From assembly GCF_963921235.1 (NCBI RefSeq), contig NC_086103.1:72726001-72790000 (forward strand): a DNA stretch of 64,000 bases, read 5' to 3'. This document shows, one piece after another, positions 37,215 to 49,851 of the stretch. The DNA comes from Mobula hypostoma. Its lineage: Eukaryota. Within the stretch, counting starts at the first letter, position 1. Every line of letters begins with the position of its first letter. Under the pieces are notes generated by a model that saw only the letters and a program-made list of their open reading frames with translations, was not told where the DNA came from and did no database searches. A program made the position numbers and the translations under genes.

Positions 37215-40200
37215 CAGTACCCCTATGGCTATACCCCTTGACAATAAGTACTCCTGCTTGAGTACTGTTGGGGGGGGGGCAGCCTACCTGGGGGAAGCAA
37301 CAGTGGCCGTGCCCCTGGCACAGAGTCTGGCCCTGTGGCTCAGAAGGGCAGGGAAAGGAAGAGGAAGACAGCAGTGATAGGGGACTCTATAGATAGGGGG
37401 TCAGGCAGGTGATTCTGTGGATGCAGGAAAGAAACTTGGATGGTAGTTTGCCTCCCAGGTGCCAGGGGCTGGGATGTTTCAGCTCACGTCCAAGATATCC
37501 TGCAGTGGAAAGGAGAACAGCCAGAGGTTGTAGTACATATTGGTACCAATGACATAGGTAGGAAAAGGGAAGAGGTCCTGAAAACAGACTACAGGGGGAT
37601 AGGAAGGAAGTTGAGAAGCAGGACAGCTAAGGTAGTGATCTCGGGATTACTGCCTGTGCCACGTGACAGTGAGTATAGGAATAGAATGAGGTGGAGGATA
37701 AATGCGTGACTGAGGGATTAGAGCAGGGGGTGGAGATTCAGATTGCTGGATCATTGGGACCTCTTTTGGGGCAGGTGTGACCTGTACAAAAAGGACGGGT
37801 TGCACTTGAATCCCAGGGGGACCAATATCTTGGCAGGGAAGTTGCTAAGGCTACTGGGGAGAGTTTAAACTAAAATTGTTGGGGGGTGGGAACCGAGCTG
37901 AAGAGAGTGAGGAAGAGGCGGTTGGCTCACAAATAGAGAAACCTTGGAGGAAGTGTGCGAGGGAGGATAGGCAGGTGATAGAGAAGGGACGCACTCAGAC
38001 CAACGGTTTGGGAAGTGTCTATTTTAACACAAGGAGTATTGTGAGCAAAGCAGATGAGCTTCGAGCGTTGATCAGTATTTGGAGCTGTGATGTGGTGGCC
38101 ATTACAGACAGTTGGATGGCTCAGGGACAGGAATGGTTACTTCAAGTGCCAGGTTTTAGATGTTTCAGAAAGGACAGGGAGGGAGGCAAAAGAGGCGGGA
38201 GCATGGCACTGTTGATAAGAAATAGTGTCACAGCTGCAGAAAAGGTGGACGTCATGGAGGGATTGTCTATGGAGTCTCTGTGGGTGGAGGTTAGGAACAG
38301 GAAGGGGTCAATAACTTTACTGGGTGTATTTTATAGGCCGCCCAATAGTAACAGGGATATCGAGGAGCAGATAGGGATACAGATCTTGGAAAGGTGTAAT
38401 AATTACAGAGTTGTTGTGACGGGAGATTTTAATTTCCCAAATACTGATTGGCATCTCCATAAAGCAAGGAGTTTAGATGGGGTGGAGTTTGTTAGGTGTG
38501 TTCAGCAAGGTTTCTTGACACAATATGTAGATAAGCCTACAAGAGGAGAGACTGTACTTGATTTGGTATTGGGAAATGAACTTGGTCAGGTGTCAGATCT
38601 CACAGTGGGAGAAAAGCGTTTAATTGGATTAAGGTGAATTATCAGGCTATCAGGCAGGAAATTGGAAGCTTAAATTGGGAAAAAATGTTCTCAGAGAAAA
38701 GCAGGGAAAAAATGTGGCAAATGTTCAGAAGATATTTGTGTGGAATTCTGCATAGGTACATTCCAATGAGACAAGGAAGTAAGTTATGGTGGGATACAGG
38801 AACCGTGGTATACAAAGACTGTAATAAATCTAGTCAAGAAGGAAAGAAAAGCTTGCAAAAGGTTCAGAGATCTAGGTAATGTTAGAGATCTAGAAGATTA
38901 TAAGGCTAACAAGAAGGAGCTTAAGAAGGAAATTAGGAGAGCCAGAAAGGGCCATGAGAAGGCCTTGGCAGGTAGGATTAAGGAAAACTCCAAGGCATTC
39001 TACAAGTATGTGAAGAGCAAGAGGATAAGATGTGAAAGAATAGGACCTATCAAGTGTGACAGTGGGAAAGTGTGTATGGAACCAGAGGAAATAGCAGAGG
39101 TACCTAATGAATACTTTACTTCAGTATTCACTATGGAAAAGGATCTTGGTGATTGTAGAGATGACTTGCAGAGGACTGAAAAGCTTGAGCATGTAAATAT
39201 TAGGAAAGAGGATGTGCTGGAGCTTTTGGAAAGCATCAAGTTAGATAAGTCGCCGGAGCAGGATGAGATGTGCCCCAGGTTACTGTAGGAGGCGAGGGAG
39301 GAGATTGCAGAGCCTCTGGCGATGATCTTTGTATCATCAATGGGGACAGGAGAGGTTCCGGAGGATTGGAGGATTGCAGATGTTGTTCCCTTATTCAAGA
39401 AAGGGAGTAGAGATAGCCCAGGAAATTATAGCCCGGTGAGTCTTACCTCAGTGATTGGTAAGTTGACAGAGAAGATCCTGAGAGGCAGGATTTATGAACA
39501 TTTGGAGAGGTATCATACGATTAAGAATAGTCAGCATGGCTTTGTCAAGGGAAGGTCGTGCCTTACGACCCTGATTGAATTTTTTGAGGATGTGACTAAA
39601 CACATTGATGAAAGAAGAGCAGTAGATGTAGCGTATATAGATTTCAGCGACGCATTTGATAAGTTACCCCATACAAGGCTTATTGAGAAAGTAAGGGGGC
39701 ATAGAATCCAAGGGGACATTGTTTTGTGGATCCAGAACTCGCTTGCCCATAGAAGGCAAAGAGTGGTTGTAGACGGGTCATATTCTGCATGGAGGTCTGT
39801 GACCTGTGGTGTGCCTCAGAAATCTATTCTGGGACCCTTACTCTTCGTGGATTTTTATAAATGAAATGGATGAGGAAGTGGAGGGATGGGTTAGTAAGTT
39901 TGCTGATGACACAAAGGTTGGAGGTGTTGTGGATAGTGTGGAGGGCTGTCAGAGGTTACAGCGGGACATTGATACGATGCAAAACTGGGCTGACAAGTGG
40001 TAAATGGAGTTCATCCCAGATAAGAGTGAAGTGGTTCATTTTGGTAGGTCAAATATGATGGCAGAATATAGTATTAATGGTAAGACTCTTGGCAGTGTGG
40101 AGGATCAGAGGGATCTTAGGGTCCGAGTCCATAGGACACTCAAAGCACCTGCTCAAGTTGACTCTGTGATTAAGAAGACATATGGTGTATTGGTCTTCAT

Positions 40201-40810
40201 CAATCGTGGAATTGAATTTAGGAGCCGAGAGGTAATGTTGCAGCTATATAGGGCCTTGGTCAGACCCCCCTTGGAGTACTGTGCTCAGTTCTGGTCGCCT
40301 CACTACAGGAAGGATGTGGAAGCCATAGAAAGGGTGCAGAGGAGATTTACAATGCTGTTGCCTGGATTGGGGAGCATGCCTTATGAGAGTAGGTTGAGTG
40401 AACTTGGCCTTTTCTCCTTGGAGCGACGGAAGATGAGAGGTGACCTGATAGAGGTGTATAAGATGATGAGAGGCATCGATTGTGTGGATAGTCAGAGGCT
40501 TTTTCCCAGGGCTGAAATGGTTGCAACCAGAAGACACAGGTTTAAGGTGCTTGGGAGTAGGTACAGAGGAGATGTCAGGGGTAAGTATTTTTTTACGCAG
40601 AGAGTTGTCAGTGCGTGGAATGGGCTGCTGGTAATGGTGGTGGAGGCAGATACGATAGGGTCTTTTACGAGACTTTTAGATCGGTACATGGAGCTTAGAA
40701 AAATAGAGGGCTATGGGTAAGCCTGGTAATTACTAAGGCAGGGACATGTTCGGCACATCTTTGTGGGCCGAAGGGCCTGTATTGTGCTATAGGGTTTCTA
40801 TGTCTCTATG
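37215..40810 (+). mobile_element. CR1 LINE, 5'-truncated within ORF1 (esterase, APE, RT)
   Basis: VVCLPGAR..VVVHIGTND (SGNH); YFNTRSI..VAITDSW..GDFNFP (APE); QHGFVKGRSCLT..DFS.AFD..KFADDTK (RT); tail TTTCTATGTCTCTATG. Confidence 0.95.
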
Positions 40811-41850
40811 TTGTCAACCATGCCTCCCCCAGAGCGTCACACTGTTCCCACCCGAGGGGTCAGCCGTCATCGGCAACCCCAGGGTCCATGACAATGTCCA
40901 AAAGTCTCAGTGGCATCGACACTGCCGTCTGTTCGTGTGAGGCAGGAGGCAGGACACCTGGAGTGTCACTTCCTTCCTTCAGACTCACTGGGTCAGCGGT
41001 GGCCAAGAGCTGACACGGTGTCAGCCGGTCCCGGTGCAGCACGACTGCCTTCCGCCGCTCAGGCAACCGCACCTGATATACCACATCGGAGAGGCTGTCA
41101 AGCACCTCTCCTGGCCCCTTCCAGTGGCTTCCCAGCCTGGGGGATCGTCCTTTCTTCCGAGAGGGGCCCCCACCAGGTACTGCTGCATTGGCGCCCTAGA
41201 CTGGCGGCCCAGTCCCTTCTAGGACACGCAAGCATTGCAGAAGTGCAAACAGCTCCACGTCCCGCCTGTACCCAGGCCAGTAAAAGCGTTCATGCAGCCT
41301 GCCCTTCCCTCGCAACGCCGTACAGTCGCGGGTGACCGTAGCCAGTTGGACGGCCGTTGTTGTTCACCCAGGTGGGGAAGGCTGGTCCGTGTTAGGGGGA
41401 ACACCAGGACGGATGATGGTGATGGTTGACCTCGTGTCCACCAACACACGGCACCTGATGCCCTCCCCTATGCAGTCCATGTATGAGCCCTGCTCTTCAA
41501 CTAAACGGCCCACCCGGAGGGGCAATAGCGGAGGGATTCTGCTTGAGGTCTCGGATGGCAATGCCCGGTCGGTATTTCCCAATGGTTGCCTTGAGCTGTG
41601 GTGCCGGTACGGGGCAGTCCCGGGCCAAATGACCTGCCTCACCGCAGCGGTAGCCGAGATCGTTTCGTGGCCCGCGGCAGTGGTCGGACCTGTCTCACGG
41701 GCTCCTCCACGTCAGTTTCCTCTTCAGTGTCGGTGACACAACCTCGGTCTCGCTGCCTGCGGGGCGATGCTGGACCACAATGGGGGGACTAAAATTGCTT
41801 CTGCCTTCTCCGCCTCGGCTAGCTCCCCAGAGCGTCACAGTATTATGACG
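40811..41850 (-). mobile_element. Internally deleted Ty3/Gypsy fragment (protease and integrase C-terminus)
   Basis: GIRCRVLVDTRSTITIIRPG (degenerate DTG protease); W.GP..LDSLSDVVYQVRLP..VVLHRDRL (GPY/F region). Confidence 0.75.
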
Positions 41851-43829
41851 ACCTCCCTATAGTTACTACTATGCACTACCTCATGCAGCCCCACTCTCTC
41901 CACTTTGGAGACGGATGACAGACCTCGATAAGTTGAATTGATTGTAATGGATGCCAGCAGTGGTACGCTTCGATTTCTGGCGGGGGGGGTACGGGTGTAG
42001 GGGGCACTGGGGAGCCTTCTCTCCCTCCCTCCTCTTCGGACCCTGAGGAGTCCTGCTCCTCCTGCCCAGAGCTCTCATATCCTAATGGATCTAGCACCGA
42101 GCTGTTACCTGCCATACATTCTCTGTCCCATAGGGAGCCTGGAAACACACTACACTCTCAAAGTCTGTCTCTTCATTACTCTTTGGCACAATAGCGACCC
42201 ACTCAGTGCAAGATTCTCTGGTTGCCCTTTGTCCTTCATTGCCATTGCTGCGTGGTTGAAGTTCAGAATGATGGAGATTTCTAGGGGGCTGTGAGGAATC
42301 CACGGATTCTTCTGTATACACTGATTTATCAGCGCTCAACTGGGTAATACATGGTGGGGAGGCTGTTGGTTTCCTCCAAGTCTAAACCCGGGGTTGTCAC
42401 TTGCTCTTCATTGACTGCTACCAGACAATGGGCCAAAGGAGCGCCATAAGCCTCAGGAAGGTAGTCAGTCCATGGCCAAACCTTCAGAAGAGGTAAGTCC
42501 CAAGTGCTGCCTTGACAGGGCATCTGCAGCTGCATTCTGACGGCCAGTACAGTAAATAATCTGGAAGTCAAATCCGGTGAGCTCTGCAGCTCTATCTGCG
42601 GTCTGCAGATGACTCAAAGGGTTGTTATCTGTCAGGACCACAAACTTATTGTCGAGTAAATTGGTCACGCAGAACAAAATCATTGTACTACTGCCCATAT
42701 ATCTCTAAGGATCTCCAATATGCGTTCAGGTTCTGACCACTTGAATGATGGGCGATACTTGGTCCCCTGCCTTGCCTGCCCTCCTAAATATTCATAAATG
42801 TAGGCTGCCTTTTGTACACTAGAAAAGGGACGAAGGCTTAACACTGAAATCAGGTCATCTAGCCACTCGTAATACACAGCACCGGAATCCCCAGAGAAAA
42901 CCCTACACTTTCTCTCTTTCAGCAAATATAGAGCACACTCCCTAGCCTGAGCGGATTCATCCTGCCTGCTGGCATGCCTGTCACCTGAGGGGAAGGCAAG
43001 GAAGAGGCCAGTCACTGTTCCCCTAACTGCAACAAAGCTTCCTCTGTTTCTCTCTACTATATCATAGCTTCCTCACCTGCCTGTACCCTTGCTCTAAGAG
43101 CTTGCAATTTTTCAACACATCAGTGTTAGACATTCTCTATATATGTGGCAAACAAATAGACCAGAAAAACAAAACGAAATGTATTTTATGTATGTATATT
43201 TATATATAAAACCACATAATTTATATAAATGTACCCCACGCAGCTGAATAAGTAAACTGGTGCCGAAATGATGACGGCAGCTCTCCTGCAGTGGTTCCAC
43301 TCACCCGACTTCCATGTGGCCGCTGCTTTAGTCCCACAACTTGATTTCAGCACCACAACTTGAAGCACTGTGCAGATCAACATGCCTCTCTCCATAGACT
43401 CCCCTTCTGCAATTAAGACCCAGAGCTGGCGGAGCCAACCTGTAACCACTCACCCAGGATTACAGACAGGTTCTGTACACCTATACGGCAGGCAGTCCAA
43501 CCAGGCAGTTTAAATTATAACAAATTTTATTAACAAACAGCAGTTTTGTTAAAAACATTGTACATAGAGAGGCAAGTCAGATTTCACATAAAATGCAGTT
43601 CCTGAGATATCATCAGACTGAATAAAGTGCATTAGATAAAGTTACTACACCAACATAATAAAGCGCATCAGTGCCTCGGGTTTACATGGAAAATTAAGGC
43701 TAACCATATAAATACTACAAACTCAGGTCTGTGCCAAAGCCAATGGTATTAAACAGAAGGCTAAAGCAGTGAATCACATAAAGGCCTACTGCATCCTTTA
43801 ATGTACACGTTTGTACAAAAGGGGCTACA
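41850..43829 (-). mobile_element. Deleted Gypsy element with PNMA-like gag and 5' LTR (43441-43829)
   Basis: LTR TGTA...TACA; RKCRVFSG..YYEWL..KAAYIYEYLGGQA (PNMA-type gag); FVVLTDNNPLSHL..FDFQIIY.TG.QNAAADALSR (RNase H end); C-terminal RQKSKRTTAG. Confidence 0.8.
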
Positions 43830-43894
43830 CAAGTAACACACCTCATGCTGGTACACATGGTCACTAAAATAAATCAACCAAAATGTAACCCAGA

Positions 43895-44544
43895 TTAATT
43901 AGATTAGATTAAATTATGAGGACGCTCGGTCCTCGTTTATTGTCATTTAGTAATGCATGCATTAAGAAATGATACAATGTTCCTCCAGTATGATATTACA
44001 GAAACACAAGACAGACCAAGACTAAAACTGACAAAAACCACGTAATTATAACATATAGTTAGAACAGTGCAAAGCAATACCATTATTTGATAAAGAACCA
44101 TGGACATGGTAAAAAAAAGTGTCTCATAGTCCCGATAGCCCCATCATCTCACGCAGACAGTAGAAGGAAGAAAAACTCTCCCTGCCATGAGCTTCCAGCG
44201 CCGCAAACTTGCCAATGCAGCATCCTGGAAGCACCCGACCACAGCCGACTCTGAGTCCGTCCGAAAACTTCGAGCCTCCGACACCGACCACCATCATTTG
44301 CCAAGCGTTTCGACCCCGGCCCCGGCCACCAAGCAACAGGCAAAGCTGAGGATTTGAGGCCTTCCCCTCTGGAGATTCTGGATCGCACAGGAGCAGCGGC
44401 AGTGAAACAGGCATTTCAGAAGCTTCTCCAGATATTCCTCTGTGCTTCTCACGTCCGTCTCCATCAAATCAGGATTGTACACGGCATCTTACTTGACAGA
44501 TTACAGATATTCATTCCAGAGTGGCCGCTGCGCGCTGCGTCACC
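43895..44544 (-). mobile_element. About 650-bp non-coding retroposon with GC/CpG-rich head and (AATCT)n tail
   Basis: Minus strand ends AATGACAATAAAC..TAATCTAATCTAAT. No A/B boxes and no convincing ORF. Confidence 0.6.
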
Positions 44545-44550
44545 CAAAGA

Positions 44551-45034
44551 TGTAATGTTAGAAAGCTCCACGTGTGGAGGGATGAAAATGAGGTTTATGG
44601 AATTGTATAGAAAAGAACTTGAGGGAGAAAAAGCTAAGCGAGAATGAGGCATGACTGATGCAGAATGGAAAAGCGAGATCAATGCAGCAAACTGTTAGAA
44701 ATGAAAGATATAAAACTGTTAAAAGTGGAATTAGTGGTAAGTATCTTTACCCTACTTACTTGAAAACTTCAGGGTGAAATTCCTGGAAGAGAGACGATGG
44801 TGATAAAAGATCTATTGAAGCTATGGCTATAACAAGCAGCAGCTGTAATGAGGCAATATCGGCAGAGACCAGTGTCCAAGATCTCTGCTGTGTAACCGGG
44901 AATTAGTTCCATTCAGTCAAACCAAGGGATTTGGTCAAGTTTTTCTTCGTACAAGTTTTGTGAACCGACTTTCCGTGGATGATCAGCTATTTCATCCAAC
45001 GAAACAAGAAACAAGATGGCGAGCCAACCGAGTT
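44551..45034 (+). mobile_element. Probable LTR (44551-45013) followed by a tRNA-Arg(ACG)-type PBS
   Basis: TGT...ACA termini, then after 3 nt TGGCGAGCCA (45017-45026), complementary to the 3' end of vertebrate tRNA-Arg(ACG). Downstream sequence is non-coding. Confidence 0.55.
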
Positions 45035-45369
45035 CAAAGAACCAGCGCGGGAACAAAATGTTTCATGATGTAGAAGATTTAATATGGTTGGATGTATAAG
45101 TTTATTTTCTTTCAAAACATCTGAATTTGATTTTCTGCAAGAACTGATTATTTTTGCAAGACTTTGATAAGTTACTGAATGAGATTTACTTTGTTTAAAA
45201 GTTGTGATGTTGGAGAGTTGACGTGAAAGGAGTTACGCTGTATAGATATATAATTTTTTAATTTGAATTGTTGACATACTGAGCTGAACTGAAACTGAAG
45301 TTAACCATAATAAGGAATTCAATTAGTTTTCTAACTAGGGATAAATAAAAAGGAAATGTTAGTTTGTAA

Positions 45370-46098
45370 ACTATCTCTTTTTTCCTTTTTTAAGGTTCTT
45401 TTGAAGACTCTGACCTGGAGTTACACTGACTGCGGTTCTTTGTGGGAATTGGACCCTCTCTCGGGATCTCATGACCACCCGCTTTCTGATATCTCAAGGA
45501 TGCCGCCTGGAAGACGAGCGCACCTTCAGGGTGCCGGATTTTCATGGCTCTGGAGATGGGCTGATTCTAGGCCGATGCCCCTGACTGAGACGTCGTGGGA
45601 GAACATGGAACATCGGGAGCAGCGGGCTAGCTGCCATGGGCTGTGTATACAGAGACCTGAGCCTTTGTGGGGCCATCTCTCTGGGCGCAGAGCTCGGAAA
45701 AAGTGACGCAACAGACTTTTAACATCATATATCAGAGAGTTGCTTGTTATGTCTCCCCTTTCACCGTGAAATGGGGACGGCTCTTTTTTCCTTTATTAGG
45801 GAGAGAGAGAGAGAGAGCCTGGGGTATGTCGAATTACCAAATGAATGAGTAGTCTTTGAGATACTACAAGTCTGTGTCTTTATTGATGCTTTGCTGCATG
45901 CTTGCGTGCTCAGTGGAGGGTGCAGATGTTGTTTTGGTGGTGTGGGGGGGGTCATTGCCTTGCTGCTGCTTGTGTGTGGGAGGGGGCAGCTGTGGGGGGG
46001 GGGCTTTGGGGTTCTAATGTTTAACTACCATTCATTCTTTGGGGTACTCCTATGTTCTCAAATTTCAGGATGTATATTGTATACATTTCTCTGACATT
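45370..46098 (+). mobile_element. Non-coding retroposon-like repeat (family of 359-1010)
   Basis: Shared blocks with the reverse complement of 359-760; includes an (AG)n run at ~45800-45817. Confidence 0.6.
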
Positions 46099-46109
46099 AA
46101 ATGTACCTA

Positions 46110-49100
46110 TTGAAATCCATTAAACCTTTAAATAGGCAATAACGCTAGATCTATTTAGTTAAGAGAAACTGGAGTAATAAAGGTTATTCTAATGAATATC
46201 ACTGATTCTATATAAACAAAGCTTACCTCCGGAAGTGTCTGTTTTCTACTCACTGTCTCTTTCCGATGTCTGGAGCTTCTGATGCCTACTAGCACCTAGT
46301 GTAGTACTATGTAATTTGATTTTTCTCAAAGAATGTGGTGACCAGTCACACAAGATAAGCCAAGCGCTACACAGGTGTTACATAAAAGTTGCCGAGACCC
46401 CCAGGACGCAGTGTGTTAGATAACCATAACACAGTGATTAGTATGCAAAGCACTAAAAGAATCGTATTGTTCAAACTCACTTATTCAATTAAGATCTGCA
46501 GTGAAAAAAATGGAAGTTATAGAGAAAAGGGCGTCAAAATCCCAAATGCTGCTTTAGTCATTGGCATAACAGGAACAGAAAAAGATGAGGAAATACTAGA
46601 CTTCCTGAAAGAATATGGCTCAGTTGCCAGAATTATTCCTCTAACTGACCCCGGTGCAGAATTTCTTAAGTCCCTCATAGTAGAGAACAATTTCTGCTGT
46701 GCAAGATCTCCAGCCCTTGCTGTACACTCAACTGGCAAGCAGTGCCCAAAAACTTGGAAAAGACACCACTCAAGCTTACCTTGATGAGTTGAAACCCTTA
46801 GCAAAGCACAGTGGGAAATCTTGAGAGAGATGTTAACTCAGATCAGTGAAACCCTTACTATCGAGAGTGGGGATATAGTCACTGTTCAAACTGCTGAAGA
46901 TGTACGTAACAAGACCACAAATCTTCAATTCAGAACTGACTCCTCTGATGCTAACCAGCCAGAAACAGCTCTAACTGCTATGCAGAATAACTCAATCCCT
47001 GTAATACAAACTAATGGATTTGCAGTGAACCCATCCCTCTCTTCCAATGATCTAAACCCTCCAGATATTCAAAGAATCGTAGTGGAGCACATTGTGCATA
47101 GTAATGACTTGATGTCTCATGGCAATCCACCAGTAAGGCTCTGGATTTTTTTTTTCTGGTAGAACCCCTCATCCAACTAATGAGGCGGATTATGAGACTT
47201 GGCGTACTCGTGTTGAACTGCTCTTGCAAGACCCAAGTGTGTCTGATCTTCATAGAACACAGAAAATATGTGAAAGTATTCTTCCACCAGCTTCAGACAT
47301 CATCAAGTCAATAAGCCCTGGAGCTTCACTCGTGACTTACGTACAACTCCTAGATTCAGCTTTTGCCGCTCTGGAAGATGGAGATGAATGATTCACCATG
47401 TTCATGAACACGATACAGAACACAGGTGAAAAACCGTCTGTCTACCTACAGTGGCTATAGTGTCATGGTCCCTTCTGGCAATCCCCCACCATGCCATTTA
47501 CCTCAGGAATTGGGCCTCAATCACCTCATTTAAATTCCAATCATTCCCAGGTTCCACTAAGTACACACACCTGCTACCCATCAGAAACAGCAGGATAAAG
47601 ACCCTGTGACCACAACAAGGAGTTGCCAGTTCGTTGTTCTTGTAGGAGTCGCCTCGTTCCATGGTTCTTAGGACTATCAGTTCTAAGGCTAGCATCGTTC
47701 TTGAATTTTCTACTAAAACCAAGACTTCGGCTAAAGACTCTCTCTGGACACCAATTCCACGCTTGCTACGACCATAACGCCTCCTGACTCAGCCTCCGCG
47801 CCTGTGTTCATCACTTGGGTTCGTACCACCGCATCGTCCTTGAACATATAGGTAGCATTGCCACTGACTGTAAAGCGAGGTAGAGTAGCCAAAACTGGCA
47901 CTAACAAGCATCTTTTAAAGCAATTTTGTAGGGGATGTTGGGACAACACCCCAATGGTAGAGCTGCACCTGGAACAGGAAAAGAAACAAAACACGCCATC
48001 ATTTACTGAACTATTGACATTTCTATGTGCCGAGGAAGACAAGCATGCTTCCAGAACCGCACACATGAGGCAGCCTGTATGAGCAGTCACACAACGTGAC
48101 GTTATACAGTCTCAGACCGCAGGTGCCTGTAAAGATGATGTAGCACGGATAATTTTAATTACTTCTCAACTGACTAAACAAATCACTTGGCTTAAGATTC
48201 AACTAACTATTCTACAAGCTAAGAAATAGCAGAAGGTAAAAGTGAGCTCTAAGACAGCAAGTGATACGCCACCAAAAGGAAAGGGTGACACAATGGATAA
48301 ACAAGAGTCCACAGACACTAACGAACAGCCAAGTGTCAAACTGAAATCTTGGTACTGTTTTAAATGTGGTGAAGATGGACACATAGACAGCGCTTGCTGC
48401 TATGAACCCAATCCGGCATTAGTAGCGGAAAAGAGAAGACATCTTGAAAAGAGATGGAGTGAGTGGGAGTCTCGTCATAGTACTCGCAAGCTTCATTTTA
48501 AACAAGAAGTGGTTCCTGTTGGGGGACAGATGGAAAGTGATGTTGACAAAGCAAGTCCCAAAAGCTCCAAGATGTCACTCGGTGAAACAAAGTGCCAGAA
48601 AGAGTGGAATGCATCTTGAAGTTTACTGAAAGTCATCTAGTGAACTCAGGTGATGTGGTTGAGGTTAGCGCTGATGTTGAGCAAGCTATATGAGAGAGTG
48701 GTCTTATCCAACAGACAGAACCTGGCGCAGATGTTGCCATTGCATATGTTCAATGCTTAACGATGCACTCAAGTGCTATTCCTGACAGTTAGGCAGAAGA
48801 TCAGTGTGGGGGATTACCAGTCATTTCTCATCTCTCTGATGCTCTATTACAAACTCCCAGTTAGCAGATCCTTGTATTAGAGAAGTCATCAAGCAGATGG
48901 AAACTGGTGAAAAGCCATCCCCTTCAGTGAGAAACGCATTCCCCAGACTACCCTACCTTCTCAGAATGGGATTGTCCAGAGCTAAAAGACGGATTCTCTA
49001 CAGGAAGAGATTAACTAGAGATAAAACAACATACCAGCTTCTTTTACCTGAAAAGTTTCAATCTGATGTATTTGAGTCTTCACAATGACTTTGGTCACAT

Positions 49101-49330
49101 GGGTATTGATCGTACCCTAGATTTAGTCAGAAACCGATTCTATTTGCCCAAGATGGCTGCTGATGTGGAACACAAGATTAAAGCATGCAGTTGAGGCGTA
49201 AGAAGAAAGACCCTACCTGAGTGAGCTGCTCCATTAGTGAATATTGTGAGTACTTGACCCTTGCAGCTGGTCTGCATGGACTTTCTTACATTAGAACCTG
49301 ATCAAAGTCACACAAAAGGTGTGTTAGTAA
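46110..49330 (+). mobile_element. Degraded Gypsy element with PNMA-like gag, zinc knuckle and integrase remnant
   Basis: LTR end GTGTTACA (46382); MEVIEKRGVKIPNA..DFLKEYGSV; NEADYETWR..LDSAF..EKPSVYLQ..QFCRGCWD; WYCFKCGEDGHIDSAC (CCHC); HNDFGHMGIDRTLDLVRNRFY; LVCMDFL. RT region missing. Confidence 0.88.
47461..47846 (+). mobile_element. Solo LTR nested in the PNMA-like gag
   Basis: TGT...ACA termini; 5-bp TSD TATAG (47456-47460 and 47847-47851); removing it restores YLQWL*VALPLTVKRG. Confidence 0.9.
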
Positions 49331-49339
49331 TTCTACCAC

Positions 49340-49851
49340 CAAGTTTATATCTCTAGGATGTTACAGAAGTTACTTTGTCTCCATTTGTTCTAATCAGCAC
49401 GTGTCCGCAGCCGCTAAAAGGACATGTGAGGAGCGTTTGGCAGCTTTGGGCCTGTACTCACTGGAATTTGGAAAAATGTGGGAAGAAATCATTGAAAGCT
49501 ACAGAATGTTGAAAGGACTAGATAGGGTGGATGTGGAGCGGATGTCTCCTCCGATGGGAGCACAGCCTCAAGATTCAGGGTGACTCTTTACAACAGCGGT
49601 AAGGAGGAATTTTTTTTAGCCAGAGAGTAGAAGATCTGTGTAATGCTCTGCCACAGACTCCAGCAGAGGCCAAGTCTGTGCATATATTTAAGGCAGAAGT
49701 TGATCACTTCTTGATTGGTCAGGGCATCACAGGATATGGCGAGAAGGCAGGTGTATGAGGTTAAGTGGGATTCTTGATCAGCCATGATAGAATGGCGAAG
49801 CAGGGTCAATGGGCTGAAAGGCCTCATTCTGCTCCTATGTCTTATGGTTTT
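49340..49851 (+). mobile_element. CR1 3' fragment
   Basis: EERLAALGLYSLEF..ESYRMLKGLDRVDVERM; CR1 3' UTR. Confidence 0.85.

Noticed and set aside
43880-44565. Possible TSD (CAAAATGTAA versus CAAAGATGTAA) around the 43895-44544 element
   Set aside because: Imperfect and overlaps the start of the next LTR, so not reliable.
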